NCBI RefSeq assembly: GCF_030144855.1 | Contig: NC_082707.1 | Span: 163,060,001 to 163,124,000, forward strand | Reading direction: 5' to 3' | Source of the DNA: Hypanus sabinus | Lineage: Eukaryota | Length of the DNA stretch: 64,000 bases | Part shown: positions 1-13,515 of the stretch, piece by piece | Position numbering within the stretch: the first letter of the stretch is position 1 | How the letters are laid out: every line of letters begins with the position of its first letter | Notes under the pieces: model-generated | What the model saw: only the letters and a program-made list of their open reading frames with translations | Databases searched by the model: none | What the model was told of the DNA's origin: nothing | Position numbers and translations under genes: made by a program

Positions 1-85
1 AGCATCAACTATTCATTTCCATGGATGCTGCCTGGTCTGCTGAGTTCCTCCAGCTTTCCATTTCCAGCATCTGCAGACTTTTTTG
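1..85 (+). mobile_element. Penelope-like element 3' terminal fragment (cut by window edge)
   Basis: GATGCTGCCTGGTCTGCTGAGTTCCTCCAGC...TTTCCAGCATCTGCAGA matches the terminal segment that follows the GIY-YIG ORFs elsewhere in the window. Confidence 0.75.
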
Positions 86-579
86 TGATTGGAGTGTTGT
101 CTATGCCTTCCAGGGATAGTGCAGCGATTGGTTGGTGCAGAGAGAAAACCTGCGTAGAATCTGCGTAGACTTTCTTTTTTCTCTTCTTACTGTACTTTGG
201 TAAAAGAGGAGAAAACGTCCTCCATTATTGCAATCATATGAAACCAATGTATTAACTGAACTCTAAATGCAATAGCCATAATCTAATTGTGTAGAAATAT
301 CACATGAAATCATGAGCCATTGCATTGAGTGATCTCATTAAGTGTTCAAATAAATAAATAGTTAACATCTTGTGGAAAAACACATCATGTGAGTCATGCT
401 TGAATCAAGCTGTTAAGATGACCTGCCCTGTTAAGTTCACACTTATTTGGCAGAATTTCTAATTGTTCACATCAATGAAATCATGGGATTTTATCTTGCT
501 TTCCCTTCTCAACAACAATTCTAAACAAACAAAAGCTGTTTTCAGAACAGAGGACTAAATAAGGTTTTCTTTTTCTTAG

Positions 580-636
580 GCTCACGGAAAGGAGTATGAC
601 TGTAGTTTCTCTATGTACGTATAAAGAGAAAGAAAG
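580..636 (+). other. candidate 57-nt spliced exon of unknown transcript
   Basis: Preceded by TTTTCTTTTTCTTAG and followed by GTAAGA; one open frame (LTERSMTVVSLCTYKEKE); no recognisable homology. Confidence 0.25.
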
Positions 637-769
637 GTAAGACAATATTGTGCAGTTCAAGCCATGTCATTTATAAACATGTAAATCCATTTTTTTCTAA
701 ATGAGTAAAGTTATTTGGCCCCTTTAAATCATTATGCACATTAAATGCTGTGTCCATGAAAAGAAAATG

Positions 770-990
770 ACAACCTTGTATTTAGGAAGTACTTCACAGT
801 CCCTTTCAGACACTTCATAGCCAATGCAGTACTTTTGAATTATAGCTACCCTGACTGCAGTAAATGCAACAGCCAATTTTCGTGCAAGGAATGCCCACAA
901 ACAACAATCTATTAACTCGCTTCAAATAGCTTGTTCCTGTAACTGATTGGCGGATAAATAATGGTAGGCCATCTTGAAGGTAAAATATTG
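770..990 (-). mobile_element. ancient Deu-domain SINE remnant (SacSINE1/AmnSINE-like)
   Basis: AGCCAATGCAGTACTTTTGAA...CAGCCAATTTT...CCCACAAACAAC resembles the reverse complement of the DeuSINE central domain as I recall it. Confidence 0.5.
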
Positions 991-1135
991 TGATCATAAT
1001 TCAAGGCTTTTGATCGATTAAATAATTTACTTAAATAAAAGAACATTTTGCAATTTTTAATAGTAACCAAGAAAATCAACTGGGTTGTATATAATAATAT
1101 ACCAGAAGAACCTTAACAGAGCAGATTATTTGCTG

Positions 1136-2020
1136 GCAACACACACAAAATGCTGGAGGAACTCAGCAAGCCAGGCAGCATCTATGGAAAAGAGTATAGT
1201 TGAAGTTTCGGGCCAAGACCCTTCATCAGGCCTGGAAAACAAAGACGAGTCAAAGTTAGACTGTGAGGGGAGGGGCAAAGACAAGCTGATAGGTGAAACT
1301 GGGACACAGTGGGAGTGAAGTAAAGAGCTGGGAAGTTGATTGGCTGGAGAAGGGGGAATCTGATAGGACAGGACAGAAGGCCATGGAAGAAAGAAAAGGG
1401 GCAGGAGCACCAGAGGCAGGTGATGGGCAGGTAAGGAGATAAGTTGAGAGAGGGGAAAGGGGATGGGGAATGGTGAATGGGGGGCATTACCTGAAGTTTG
1501 AGAAATCAATGTTCATGCCATCAGGTTGGAGGCTACCCAGATGGAATATAAGGCGTTGTTCCTCCAACCTGAGTGTGGTCTCAATAGAGGAGGCCATGGA
1601 TTGACATATCAGAATGGGAAGTGGAATTAGAATGGGTGGCAACAGGGAGATTTTGCTTTTTCTGGCAGATGGAGCATAGCTGCTTGGCAAAGCAGTCTCC
1701 CAATCTACGTTGTGTCTCACCCATATACAGGAAGCCACACCAGGAGCACTGGATACAGTAAATGACTCCAACAGACTCAGAGGTGAAGTGTCGCCTCACC
1801 TGGAAGGACCGTTTGGGGCCCTGAATGTTAATGAGGGAGGTGGTATAGGGGCAGGTGTAACACTTGTTCCACTTTCAAGTGCCAAGAGGGAGATCAGTGG
1901 GGAGGGATGAATGGGCAAGGGATTCGCAGAGGGAGCGATCCCTGGGAAAGCAGAAAGTGAGATGTGGGGAAGAGATGAACATGTGTTTAGTGGTGGGATC
2001 CTGTTGGAAGTGGCAGAAGT
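1136..2020 (-). mobile_element. Penelope-like (Neptune-type) retroelement 3' part with decayed GIY-YIG endonuclease
   Basis: Frameshifted ORFs 1581-1799 and 1487-1771 (VIYCIQCSWCGFLYMGET...LRLEEQRLIFHLGSLQPDGMNIDFSNF), followed by the terminal repeat with a hammerhead-like motif at 1197-1234. Confidence 0.88.
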
Positions 2021-2309
2021 TATATGACCCTAATAACTGGGGCACCAATGCTGGGATGAATTGCCCATGCAGCACACATGTTACGTTCACTCTGAGGCAT
2101 GCACGGCGGCCTCTTTTTAGGTGGACACTCAGCCCTGACTGACTTTGGCATAGGAGGCACTTCATCCTCTTCCCCTCCACCTTTTCATCTCCAGTCCCAC
2201 CTCAGTCTCTTAACCTCTCCTCAACACTCCCAATCCCCACTCTCTCCCAGAAGCTGTAATTGAGGTGTTAGCTGCAGTCCTGGATATATGCTGTATCATA
2301 GGAAAACTG

Positions 2310-2990
2310 GGCCAGGGAATGGCTGCCAGATTTAACTCAGATGGGTGAAGTGATGCATTTTGGGAAGTTGAATCAGGACAGAACATAGGGCTCTCAGAAG
2401 TGTTATGGAAGAGCAAGATTTTGGGGTTTCATTGAAAATGGTGACACAGGTAGACAGAGTAGTGAAGGTGTACGATACGCTTGCTTTCATCAGCTGAGGC
2501 ATTAAATATAGGAGTTGGGGGCGTGTCACAGTTATACAAACCTTAGGTTGGGCTGCACTGGGAATGTGCGTGCAGTTCAGATCACCACGTTATAGGAAGG
2601 AAGTGATTAAGCTGGAGAGGCTACAGAAAATATTCACAGGAATGCCACCTGTACTGGAGGGCTTGTGTAGTAAGGAGAGACTGGATAGGCTAGGGTTGAG
2701 AAACTGTAATAATTGAGACAGACTGGTAACACTGGGGCATTTTACAAAATTGAGGTGATCAGACAGGGCAGATAGACCCTTTCCTCAGAGTAGGTGAGTA
2801 TAAAAAATACTGATTTAAGGTGAGAGGGGGAAGATTTAAAGAGGACCTGAGGGCAAGTTTTTCACATAGAGAGTGGGTATGTAGAACAAGTGCCAGAGGA
2901 AGTAGATGAGATGGTTACAATTCCAATGATTAAAAGCTATTTGGACAGCAATAGGAAAGGTTTAGAGGGTATGAGCCCAATGTAGGCAAC
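2310..2990 (+). mobile_element. CR1 LINE 3' fragment (decayed)
   Basis: Aligns by eye with the ORF2 C-terminal region and 3' UTR of the CR1 at 20650-21330 (e.g. TATAGGAAGGAAGTGATTAAGCTGGAGAGG). Confidence 0.75.
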
Positions 2991-3440
2991 CCCCAAGGAA
3001 CTGGCTCAGCATCTTTCATTTTCAGCATGAAAGAGGGGCAACAGTAATGCGATTTTTAGTGTAAATCAAGAAAGATAATTCATTCAAGCTCAGGGATCAG
3101 TTTGTGGAAGAGTGCTTTGTAATCAAGAATTGGTTTTACTCTGAGCAAATTGAATTGGCAATCATTTCTGGGTGAATTCACAGCAACTGCAACAATGATT
3201 CCTGAGTTCCTGATTGTAATTCTCAAAGTGGACCTTTCCACTCATTATGAACCAAGAGCTCATGCGACCATCTTCTCTATCCACAATTCACTTCCATCTC
3301 ATGTTATTTAAAGGGACCCTCTGCTGACTCTGAGAAACCTAGGTGGGCGGGTTCACTGATGAATGGTCTCAGCCTGTTTATTTGCTGTTTATTTCCACAC
3401 TTAGATCTGCCTGACCTGCTGATCTTCTCCAACACATTGA

Positions 3441-4338
3441 CGCTACATCCACACTACACTGGATAAATCCGTAACCGAAGATTTTTCTCTTTGTTTTTAC
3501 CCTCCGTCCACACTAAAATGGCTTTTTCGTCCCCTGAAATTGGAGCTTTTCAGAAACGCTTTCCAGGGTGGGTATTTTTGAAAACGCTGCTTGGGCAGAT
3601 CAGTGTGGACGGGGTAATCGGAGACTTCTGAAAACGCTATCAGATGGCAGCGTGCCATTTCATTGTTTTCTAGAATTCAACCTAACAATTTCAGAACAGA
3701 CGGCAACAAAACTGAAGCCAGAAGAGTTAGAAATATACTCACCAAATACCTTGACCCATAACTTACTGAATAAATAAGTATACTGTACTCACTTTGCCCT
3801 GTTTTCTGTCCTTGCTTGTATAAGGTGGTTTACCTATTTATGCAAGACCTTCTCTGACAGTAGATGTGTAACAGCTTGATGTAACATTGTATGGAAATAC
3901 AAGATAACACTGATGCAGACATGTTTTATATATTTAACAAGGTGCTTTATTAATGCAACAGAGTTAGTCAGTTTTTCAATGTTCGTCGTCAGCCGGGTCA
4001 ATCTGTCCGTGAACTCCCTGTCGGTTGCCTCTGTATGCTCCAGTATTTGTTTTTTTTTAGTTTTACGCTCTCCTGCATGAAAGCCAACAACTGTCTGTCG
4101 TTTTAAGTTTTTCTAGTCTGTAACTACGCAAACGCGCCCTTTTACGATGAGATTCGACACCAAACATGTCGCTTGTTTTCAGTAGATGTGTCCTGCACAT
4201 GCGCAGTAGGAGGAGATTTGCCGAAATCTCTGTTTCAATGTGGATAGAGATATTTTCAAAAACGCATAGTGTGAACGCCAATCGTTTTTATGCGAAACCA
4301 ACTTTTTCAAAATTATCCGGTCTAGCGTGGATGTAGCC
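3441..4338. mobile_element. non-autonomous PIF/Harbinger-type DNA transposon (MITE), ~900 bp
   Basis: TIRs (C)GCTACATCCACACTACACTGGATAA / TTATCCGGTCTAGCGTGGATGTAGCC; 3-bp TSD TGA at 3438-3440 and 4339-4341; inserted into a Penelope terminal fragment; no transposase ORF. Confidence 0.8.
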
Positions 4339-4689
4339 TGAGTGTATTACAACTTACTATTACCTGCTTAAACACCTTATAAAGTCTGCCTAAACGATGA
4401 CACTCTTGGCAGCTCTTCATTGCTAAGTACTGGGTGTGTCAGGTGATCCAGGGAGGTTTGAGTTCCCAGGGCAGGAGACAAAGTTGCATGAGAAGTGCCT
4501 CACAGCTGACTCAGGGATTATCAGGGATCATCAGGGATGCCAAAAGTCATCTGGCCTTTTGCATATACAATGCTTAGGGTTTCTTTATCATCAGAGATAA
4601 GTGACATTCTGCTCTCAATCTCAAGCTGCTCCCTCCGTTGAGATAAATGTGATAGTGATTTTCAGTGGAAGAAATTCATGCCATATGAT

Positions 4690-5380
4690 TTGGAAAAATA
4701 GGTGGAGAATTTGTTACATGTACACAAGATTAAAAAAAATATTGGTCTTCTGATGAACAGCTTGCATACAAATCACTTTAACATGCAGGTTCAAGAATTT
4801 AAGAAGACAAGCAGTATACCTATGTTGCAACAGGCTGTGAGTACAAGAATAGAGGCATTTTGTTCAAGCCTTTAGTGGGACTGCATATGGAATATTATAT
4901 ACAGGTTTGCTCTCCATTCCCAAATAAAAATATATTACCTTGGAATGCTATGACAATTCGCCATATCGAACTTTGGGATGGCTGATATATTGGATGAAGA
5001 GAAGTTAGCAGACTGAGCCTATATGCTCTCAGGTTTAGAAAATTCAGAAGTGTTGTATTGCAATTCTAATAAAATTCTTCTGGGGCTTGTCAAGCCAGAG
5101 TTGCAGCAGAGGCAAGGGTATTTAGAACCAAAGAGTGCAGCCTCAAAGCAGGGATCCAGCTTCTCAGAACAGTGAAGAGCTTTCTTCATGCAATGGATGG
5201 TGAATTTTTGCAACTCTCTACCCAAGAAGGCAATGAAGATCCGGTCACTAAAATTGTTGAAAAAACAGACTGATAAATTTTTAGTTATTGAACAAATCAA
5301 GGAAAATGATGTGAAGGAAAATGGTGCTGAGTTAAAAGATCACCCATGTGAGGAACCAAGTAGCCTTTCCGATTCTTAGT
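4690..5380 (+). mobile_element. old CR1 LINE 3' fragment
   Basis: Degenerate similarity to the CR1 ORF2 C-terminus and 3' UTR (TTTCTTCATGCAATGGATGGTGAATTTTTGCAACTCTCTACCCAAGAAGGC). Confidence 0.55.
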
Positions 5381-6414
5381 CTCCTTCTAGCCTGAAGGTC
5401 ACTCCAAGCATTAGCAACATATCTATATCTATATCATTTAGGCTTTTTGTGACTGGCAATCCCAGTTCCAATTTCCTGATCGAGTTAGTAATGCCAGCCA
5501 GCACTGCACCATGGGATGGATCATGGATCAAGGAAATGGGCTATATTTGGCTGGATTTACACCCACAGGTTCAACAGTAAACGGGTATCATGGAACTCAC
5601 TGTTGTAACTGCAGCCCCAACTTGTGCTTCTGTGGCATTATTAATGTACTGACAAAAGTGCATCGTGTTTGATGGTTTTGATAAAGGCCAATCAAAGCAA
5701 CAAGGTCAATGTATAAAATGTACAGTACATGGCTAATTTAATGCAAAATATGTATGTCTGATAACAGTTTAATATTGTTAATAGTTATTCTGAATTGCAT
5801 TCTTTAGTAAACGTTTGAGTGGATTGTTTTCTCAATTGTTGAATAATTTAAAATCCAGGTGGCAAAAACACAAATGGCTAAGGAGAATAATTTTCAGAAC
5901 TACAAGCACCACCTGTTAGAACGGATGACATATCCTAGGAATGTGAACAGGGAAGAGATGGAGAGTGAAGTGATACGATTTCTTCCTGATAATTCCTGCT
6001 AGTGACAAAAGGTGGGTGATTGAATGACACAGAATTGTGAGAAAGGTTAATTGTTTCAAAAGATTTTAAAAAAAGCCAAGAAACATCTCCAATGTTGACT
6101 TATTATCAGCCAAGCCAGTTCTGATGGTGAATGATCTTGCTCAATAATCAACCAGGAACATGAAGTGAAGCCTGATTTAAAATAAGTATACCTGTATCCA
6201 AGCTATGGAAGAAAAAACAGAAGATAAACAAAAATCTTAAACATACATGTCTGTTGACTGAATTAATTCAATAAGTGCATGCAAGTAAATTTATTGAAGA
6301 GGATATGTAAAATTAAACAGCATTAAAATATTTACATAGTGGAGTAATATAAATTACACACCAATTAAACTCTTGTTTGCATTTTGAATTGGCACTGTGT
6401 CCTGAGAATTATAA

Positions 6415-7985
6415 CAATCCATCACAGGCAAAGCCCTCCCCACCATTGAACACATCTGCACATACCACAAGAAAGAGCATCCATCAACTAAGTCTCCCCC
6501 AATCCAGGCCATGCTCTCTTCTTGCTGACAGTGATGCAGGTGGATGCTTCCCTGGTGTCATGGATTATTGATTACCTGACTGGCAGACCACAGTATGTGC
6601 GCTTGCAACACTGTGTGTCAGACAGACTGGTCAGCAGCACTGGGGCTCCACAAGGGACTGTCCTGTCTCCCTTTCTCTTCACCATCTACACCTCGGACTT
6701 CAACTACTGCACAGAGACTTGCCATCTTCAGAAGTTTTCTGATGACTCTGCCATAGTTGGGTGCATCAGCAAGGGAGATGAGGCGGAGTACAGGGCCACA
6801 GTGGGAAACTCTGTCACATGGTGTGAGCAGAATCATCTGCAGCTTAATGCGAAAAAGACTAAGGAGCTGGTGGTGGACCTAAGGAGGGCTAAGGTACAGG
6901 TGACCCCTGTTTCCATCCAAGGGGTCAGTATGGACATGGTGGAGGATTACAAATACCTGGGGATACGAACTGACAATAAACTGGACTGGTCAAAGAACAC
7001 TGAGGCTGTCTACAAAAAGGGTCAGAGCTGTCTCTACTTCCTGAGGAGACTGAGATCCTTCAACATCTGCCAGACAATGCTGAGGATGTTCTACTAGTCT
7101 GTGGTGGCCAGTGCTATCATGTTTGCTGTTGTGTGCTGGGGCAGCAGGCTGAGGGTAGCAGACACCAACAGAATCAACAGACTCATTCGTAAGGCCAGTG
7201 ATGTTGTGGGGGTGGAACTGGACTCTCTGATGATTGTGTCTGAAAAGAGGATGCTGTCCAAGTTGCATGCAATCTTGGACAATGTCTTGCATTCACTCCA
7301 TAATGTACTGGTTAGGCACAGGAGTACATTCAGCCAGAGACTCATTCCACCGAGATGTAACACTGAGCGTCATAGGAAGTCAGTCCTACCTGTGGCCATC
7401 AAACTTTACAACTACTCCCTTGGAGTGTCAGACACCCTGAGCCAATAGGCTGGTCCTGGACTTATTTCCACTTGGCATAATTTACTTATTATTATTTAAT
7501 TAGTTATGGTTTTATATTGCTATATTTCTACACTATTCTTGGTTGGTGCAACTGTAATGAAACACAGTTTCCCTCGGGATCAATAAAGTATGTCTGTCTG
7601 CCTGTCTGTCATTGGGAAGGGAGTACAGAAGTTTTGTGTCCCACATCACCAGGTTCAGGAACAATTATTAACCTTCAGCCATCAGTCTTCTGAACCAGCA
7701 TGGATAATTTCACTCACCTCTACTCTGAGTTCACAACCTATGGACTCATTCTCAAGGACTCTACAACTCAATGCTCTCAGGTTTGTTTGTTTAATGTTAT
7801 TATTATTTGTGCATTTGCAATTTGTCTTCTTTTGCACATTGGTTGTTTGTCAGTCTTTGTTCTTGTGTAGTTTTTCATTGATTCTATTGTTTTTCTTTGT
7901 TCTACTATGAATGCCTGTAAGAAAATGAATCTCAGGGCAGTATACAGTGACATATACACACTTCGATAATAAATTTACTTTGAAC
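6415..7985 (+). mobile_element. older Rex/Babar-type LINE 3' end, split by a younger Rex1 insertion
   Basis: 6415-6524 continues at ~7606-7985 and matches the minus-strand copy at 22848-23420; ends in AATAAATTTACTTTGAAC. Confidence 0.75.
6525..7607 (+). mobile_element. Rex1/Babar LINE, 5'-truncated, RT C-terminal half
   Basis: ORFs 6522-7097 and 7101-7448 share a frame, separated by one TAG; motifs GAPQGTVLSPFLF, KFSDD, YKYLG; tail AATAAAG(TCTG)n. Confidence 0.92.
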
Positions 7986-8059
7986 ATATTTATGCTACTC
8001 TATCAATGCCTTCTGTATTGCTTACTTGACTTGTAGTAAGACAATATGTCGACAGTTTG

Positions 8060-8265
8060 TTAATTTGTCATGCTGAAGGGTTTCAGCCCAAAACATCAAC
8101 TATACTTTTCTGCATAGATACTGCCTGGCCTGCTGAGTAGCTCCAGCATCTACAGATGTTCTCGTTTGTTCATTTCCATAGATGCTGCCTGACTCGATGA
8201 GTTCCTCCTGCATTTTGTGTGCATTACTTTGGATCTCCAGCATCTGCAGAATTTCTTGTGTTTAT
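8060..8265 (+). mobile_element. two tandem Penelope terminal fragments
   Basis: TAGATACTGCCTGGCCTGCTGAG and TAGATGCTGCCTGACTCGATGAG in tandem; degenerate hammerhead near 8070-8102. Confidence 0.7.
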
Positions 8266-8339
8266 CTATAATTATTTTTAACTTTTGAATATGTTGAATG
8301 ATTTGTCATCCTTCATCATCCACATTTCACTTTCAGTTT

Positions 8340-8887
8340 GGCTGACGATGAACATTGAAAAACTGACTAACTCTGTTGCATTAATAAAGCACCTTGTTAA
8401 ATGTATAAAACATGTCTGCATCAGTGTTATCTTGTATTTCCATACAATGTTACATTAGGCTGTTACACATCTATTGTCAGAGAAAGTCTTACGTAAATTG
8501 GTAAACCACCTTGAAAGGAGCAAGGACAGTAAGCGGCAAAGTGAGTATACTTATTTATTCAGTAAGTTATGGGTCAAAGTATTTGGTGAGTACATTTCTA
8601 ACTCTTCTGGCTTCAGTCTCATTGCCGTCTGTTCTGAAATTGTTAGGTTGTGTTCAAGAAAACAATGAAATAGCACGCTGCCGTCTGGCAGCATTTTCAG
8701 AAGTCTCCGGTTACCCCGTCCACACTGATCTGCCCGAGTAGCATTTTCAAAAATACCCACCCTGGAAAGTGTTTCTGAAAAGCTCCAGTTTCAGGGGACG
8801 AAAATGCCGTTTTAGTGTGGATGGAGGGTAAAAACGAAGAGAAAAAGCTTTGGCTACAGATTTATCCGGCGTAGTGTGGATGTAGCC
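8340..8887. mobile_element. one-ended second copy of the Harbinger-type MITE, inverted relative to 3441-3994
   Basis: Reverse complement of the first ~550 bp of the 3441 element (compare ORFs 3568-3777+ and 8551-8760-); ends GTAGTGTGGATGTAGCC followed by TTA. Confidence 0.85.
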
Positions 8888-9524
8888 TTAGTTGCTTCAT
8901 CAAGACTGTCAACCCTGAAGTAAATCAGACTGAAGCCATGTGGATAGAGAATTGGCTAAGTGAAAGGAAACAGAGAATAGTGATGAATTATTAGCATAAG
9001 TAAAGTGAACAACTGTTTTTCTGACCAGAGGGAACTGTATGGAGCAGTTTCCCAAGGAAACTGGAACATCCAGCAAGGGGAATATAGAAAGTTCACACAA
9101 ACAGCACCCAAGAGCAGGAATGATCCAAGGAGCCTGGAGTTGTGAGACTTCAACATTAACTATTGGACCACCATGTCACCTTTGTGATGAGGAGTTGTTT
9201 GTAATCTTATAAAATTAAGTGGTCATGTCAAATCTACTGATAACTGACTTAAAAGGAAGAGGTTTACATTCATAAAATTACTTAGAATATACATACACCA
9301 TGAAAATTTCTCTGGCCAGAAAGTATAGCGATACATTAAACAGGTTTGGATTACATCTTACTCTGTTTCTAGTGAGATGTAATTCCACTGCAAAAGAACA
9401 AATGTATGATCTAAAATAGAATCTAACAGCAAAACACTGCAGATATTGGAAATCAAAAATAGAAAGTGATCTAGATACTTAGCATGGTAGGCAGCTTCAA
9501 TGGGAAATATAAAGTATTAACAGA

Positions 9525-10925
9525 TCAAGTTCAAGGTTATTGCCATCTGACCATACATATACACAACCAAATTAAACAATGTTCAGCTGGACGATGGTGC
9601 ACCCACAAAACATGTATCACACACAGCATATAAAACAAATTACTACAATAAATACATTAATAAGATATAATTCAAAATGTATGTAGTGTGCAGCCCAGGT
9701 GAACAGTATACAGCACAGTAACCATCTTGCTGTCATCATGAAGAGACATTGGTGGTGGCAGGCTATTCGTTAGCTTAAGCCCAAGGGAAGAAGCTGTAAC
9801 CCATTCTGGCAATCTGAGTCCTGATGCTTCTGTACCTCTTTCCTGATGGTAGTGGGCTAAAGAGATTGTGGGACCTGTGGCAGGAATCCTCAACAATATC
9901 TCGGCCTCTTTGTCTGCAATGCTTCCAGTAAGTGACACAAATGGGGTGAAGGAGGCCCCAGTAATCGTCTCAGCAGTTTTTACCATCTTCTGTAGGGTCT
10001 TGTGGTCTGGTGCCTTACAGCTTCCGTAGCACACAGTGATACAGCCAGGCAGCACGTTCTCCATTGTGCTCCTGTAGAAAGTTGTTAGAATGAGAGCAGG
10101 GAGCTTTGCACGCCTCAATCTCCTCATAAAGTATACATGCTGCTGTGCCTTCTTGACTGATGAGGAGGTGATGTGGGCTCAGGTTAGATCATCTGTTACG
10201 CGCGCACTAAGAAACTTTGTGCTCTTCACTCTCTCCATGCCAGAACCATTGATGTGCAATGGACAGACGTTGACCTATGCTTTTCTGAAGTCTACAGTCA
10301 TCTCTTGTCTTGCCCAGGATGAGACTCAGGCCCCATTTGAAAAGCTCCTGTCTCTCCTCTTTATATGCTTTATTGTTGCTGATGAGGCCAGTATCATTGG
10401 TGAACTTGATAATGTGGTTTGAGCTGGATCTGGCACAGCAGTCGTGAGCCGGCAGTGGGAACAGCAGGGAGTTGAGCACACAGCTCAGGGGGACACCAGT
10501 GCTCAGCGTGGTGGATCTTGAGATGTTGCTACCAACTCAGACTGACTGGGACCTTTCCAAGATCCAGTTACAGAGAGGGGCATAGAGTCCCAACAAGCCT
10601 CTGAGGGACGATCGAGCTAAAGTCAATGATCCTGGCATATGAAACATTGTTTTCCAGGTGGGACAGGACAGAGTGGAGGGTCGAGGCTACGGCATCATCA
10701 GTGGACTAGCTTATGTGGTAGGCAAACTGGAAAGGGTCCAAAGAAGCTGCAAGGTGGGATTTTATATGATGCAGTATCGGCTGCTCAAAGACACTGGGCA
10801 GTAATTCTTTAGGCTAGTTACTGTTGCTCTCTTGGGCACTGGGATGATGGTGCATGCCTCGATGACTGTTTCAAAAAGATATTAAAGATGCCTGTTAGCT
10901 GGTCAGCACCTGACCCCCGCAGCTT
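9525..10925 (-). mobile_element. Rex/Babar LINE, decayed RT and 3' end, inserted in an old Penelope fold-back
   Basis: ORFs 9672-10127 and 10207-10479 (HIIKFTNDT, LRRAKLP..ILTTFYRSTMENVL); Penelope-like arms in opposite orientation at ~9430-9520 and ~10940-11020. Confidence 0.8.
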
Positions 10926-12524
10926 TGCAACAGCTCACCACCTCTGAAATGTTAACTTGTTTCTCCCTATATAGATGTTGCCTGATCTATTATGATTCTC
11001 CAGTATTTTTTTGTTTTGCTTTACGTTTATGATTTCCTTGGGTATGTTATCCTTGGAGTGCTGGCCTTTTTTTTCTTTAATTGGATTCTTTCAGGTTTCT
11101 TGCTTTGTGCCTAGCACAAGCAAATCTCAAGTTTGTATAATTTATATATTCTTTGATAATAAGTGTAGTTGAATTTTGAATCAAGAGAAAGTTTCACTGA
11201 TATAGCTATGCACAGAAGAAATGATTGCTGAGATCAGAGTACAAATGATCATTTGAGCCAAGCTTTTTTGTATGTTTGCCAATTAAATGCAAACATTGAC
11301 TGATACTTCCAAATTAATAATCTATTTCCCAGACAAGTAGGGAGAGGAGCTTTAAAAACATTAAGAAGATGCCTGTTATTACTGGCAGCAAAAATTTCTG
11401 GGCTGTAACAACCAAATTCCTTGCTGCAAAGGAACAATGCACTCTTTCATTAAATGGCAGCATCTGTCTCACCCTGTGTAATGTCACCTTACTCTCTAGC
11501 TCATTTCTCTGAGTGATTAACGCAAATACTAAAGAAGTAGCTGGTGCTACTAGACATAAATGGACAAAGAAATGTAAATGTACATATTTTTTAAGATACT
11601 GTATAATTAAATATTTATTGCTGGTATTTAAATTTCCTTTCCATCAAATTGCAGTCTTCCTCCCTTAGATTTGATAGAGTGGTTTTGCAAACAAATATTT
11701 GAGCCTTTCTATTTATTTACAATTCTTGTTATATTGGAACTGTACCTCTGCCAATGGTAAAGATAGTTCTCCTTACAGTGTCCCACAACATTGATGTTTT
11801 AGAAACATTAACTGCTTCCCAGAAAGATTTATCTGTACAGGCAAACTGTGCAGTTTTGGCATAGGATGGTGCTGCAGCAAACTGCATCAGTATATCATGT
11901 GGTGATGAGGCCAGGGATTTATCCAAATAATGACCTTTGAAAACGTTGTACTCCTGTTCTTGCTTATATGCTAGACAAATGACACTCTAAAGTAAATAAA
12001 TCATTGTCCTCATTAAATTCATGTCTAACCCACTCCACTTTGCTTCACTCTTTGCTAGAGATTGCATTAAAATAACAGGGTGTGACTGAAATATTTATTG
12101 CCACCCTTCACTTTAAATGCAGAAGCTGACTTGCTTGACTTCACAATAATAAGATTGTTATTAAAAGACATGCATTTTTTACAGAAAAATGTCATTTGTA
12201 AAATAAGCCAGCTTTAAGAGTGTTATGTTCACATGATGAAATCCTGTAATTTGGAGAAGAGATGCCATAATCCTTGTAGCAGAAGAGACAGCCATTCAAC
12301 CCATCAAGTTCATGCTGACTCAAAGAGCAGTTTCATTCCCTCACTAATTTTTTCCATAACCCATTATCTCCATGTTCCTGTCAATTCTACCAACCCCCAA
12401 AATGTGGAAAGAAGCTAGAATATCAGAAGAAGCCAGGTAGTCAGACAGAACATGCAGACTCCATACACAGTATCGCAGAGTGCAGTTCATTCAGGTCAGA
12501 AAATCCTTTCCCCACTTTCCCATT

Positions 12525-12708
12525 CAGCTAGTGGTGTAGTGGCACCAGCACCAGACTTCAAGGCAAATGGTCTCAGGTTCGAATCCAGCTGGCCCCTTGC
12601 ACACTTTCCATCCGTGCTGAGTTGACAGTCCAGCTAGCAACTCATGGCATTTGTCTGTAAAAAAAAATGCCACCCAGTATGCCACAAGGTCTGAAAAAAG
12701 GAACAACA
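12525..12708 (+). mobile_element. tRNA-derived SINE with RTE-like tail
   Basis: A-box TGGTGTAGTGG, B-box GGTTCGAATCC, (AAC)n tail, 11-bp TSD ACTTTCCCATT at 12514-12524 and 12709-12719. Confidence 0.85.
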
Positions 12709-13303
12709 ACTTTCCCATTACACTGACGTTGTGTTCATTCCAATACTGGGGAATAAAGTCAATCATTATAAATATTTATAAATATAGGGTTTTTTTTACA
12801 TATTGCTGCATTTTCTCTGCCAACCACACACCCCTAGCCCCCACAACCAAATATTTGGAGGCCTATGAAATATTTCCAGTAACCTTTTTTGATCCTTGAC
12901 ATCAATTGAATAGATTCTTTCTTTGCACCATCAAGGACAGTATTCCTATTCCATTGGTCTTTTCTCCTTCTCTGCCTCTTCCAAACACTTTGTATCCATG
13001 AATACTAAGTGTGGTTCTCACCATTTTAAGCCTTGTTTTTATTGTCTCCACCACATCTTTTCATTGGACTGTATCTGCCTGTACTGAATCAACCATATTC
13101 ATTACACTTTCTGCACTAAAATACTATACATGCATTCCAGGTCTATCTGTACTATGTTTTTCTTCTTAGTTAGCTTTTATCTGATATGATGTGATAGTTC
13201 TTTCTTTTGTACTATCAAACACTCTATTCCTTTATGCACTTTATTCCACATTTCTACTTCTTTTTGCTGGTAGCCATCCTCATACCAATTCAGATTTTTG
13301 TTT

Positions 13304-13515
13304 TGAGATACAGCATGGTAGCAGATCTTCCTGGCCAAATGAGCCTACACTGCCCAAATACACCCATGTCCTTGGGGTTTGGAAAGAATCCAGATTACTC
13401 GGAGGAAACCCACATGGTCACGAGGAGGAAGTGCAACTCAATAGAGACAGAGGTGTAATGGAATCCGGGTCACTGACAGTGTAATAACATTACACTAACC
13501 ACTACACTACCATGG
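13304..13515 (-). mobile_element. tRNA-derived SINE (HE1/V-SINE-like)
   Basis: GGAGGAAACCCACATGGTCAC core and tRNA-like head; same family as 56630 and 57995. Confidence 0.7.

Noticed and set aside
4480-4660. Cluster of AP-1 (TGACTCA) and GATA (AGATAA) motifs with TCAGGGAT x3
   Set aside because: Short motifs expected by chance in 64 kb; enhancer activity cannot be supported from sequence alone.
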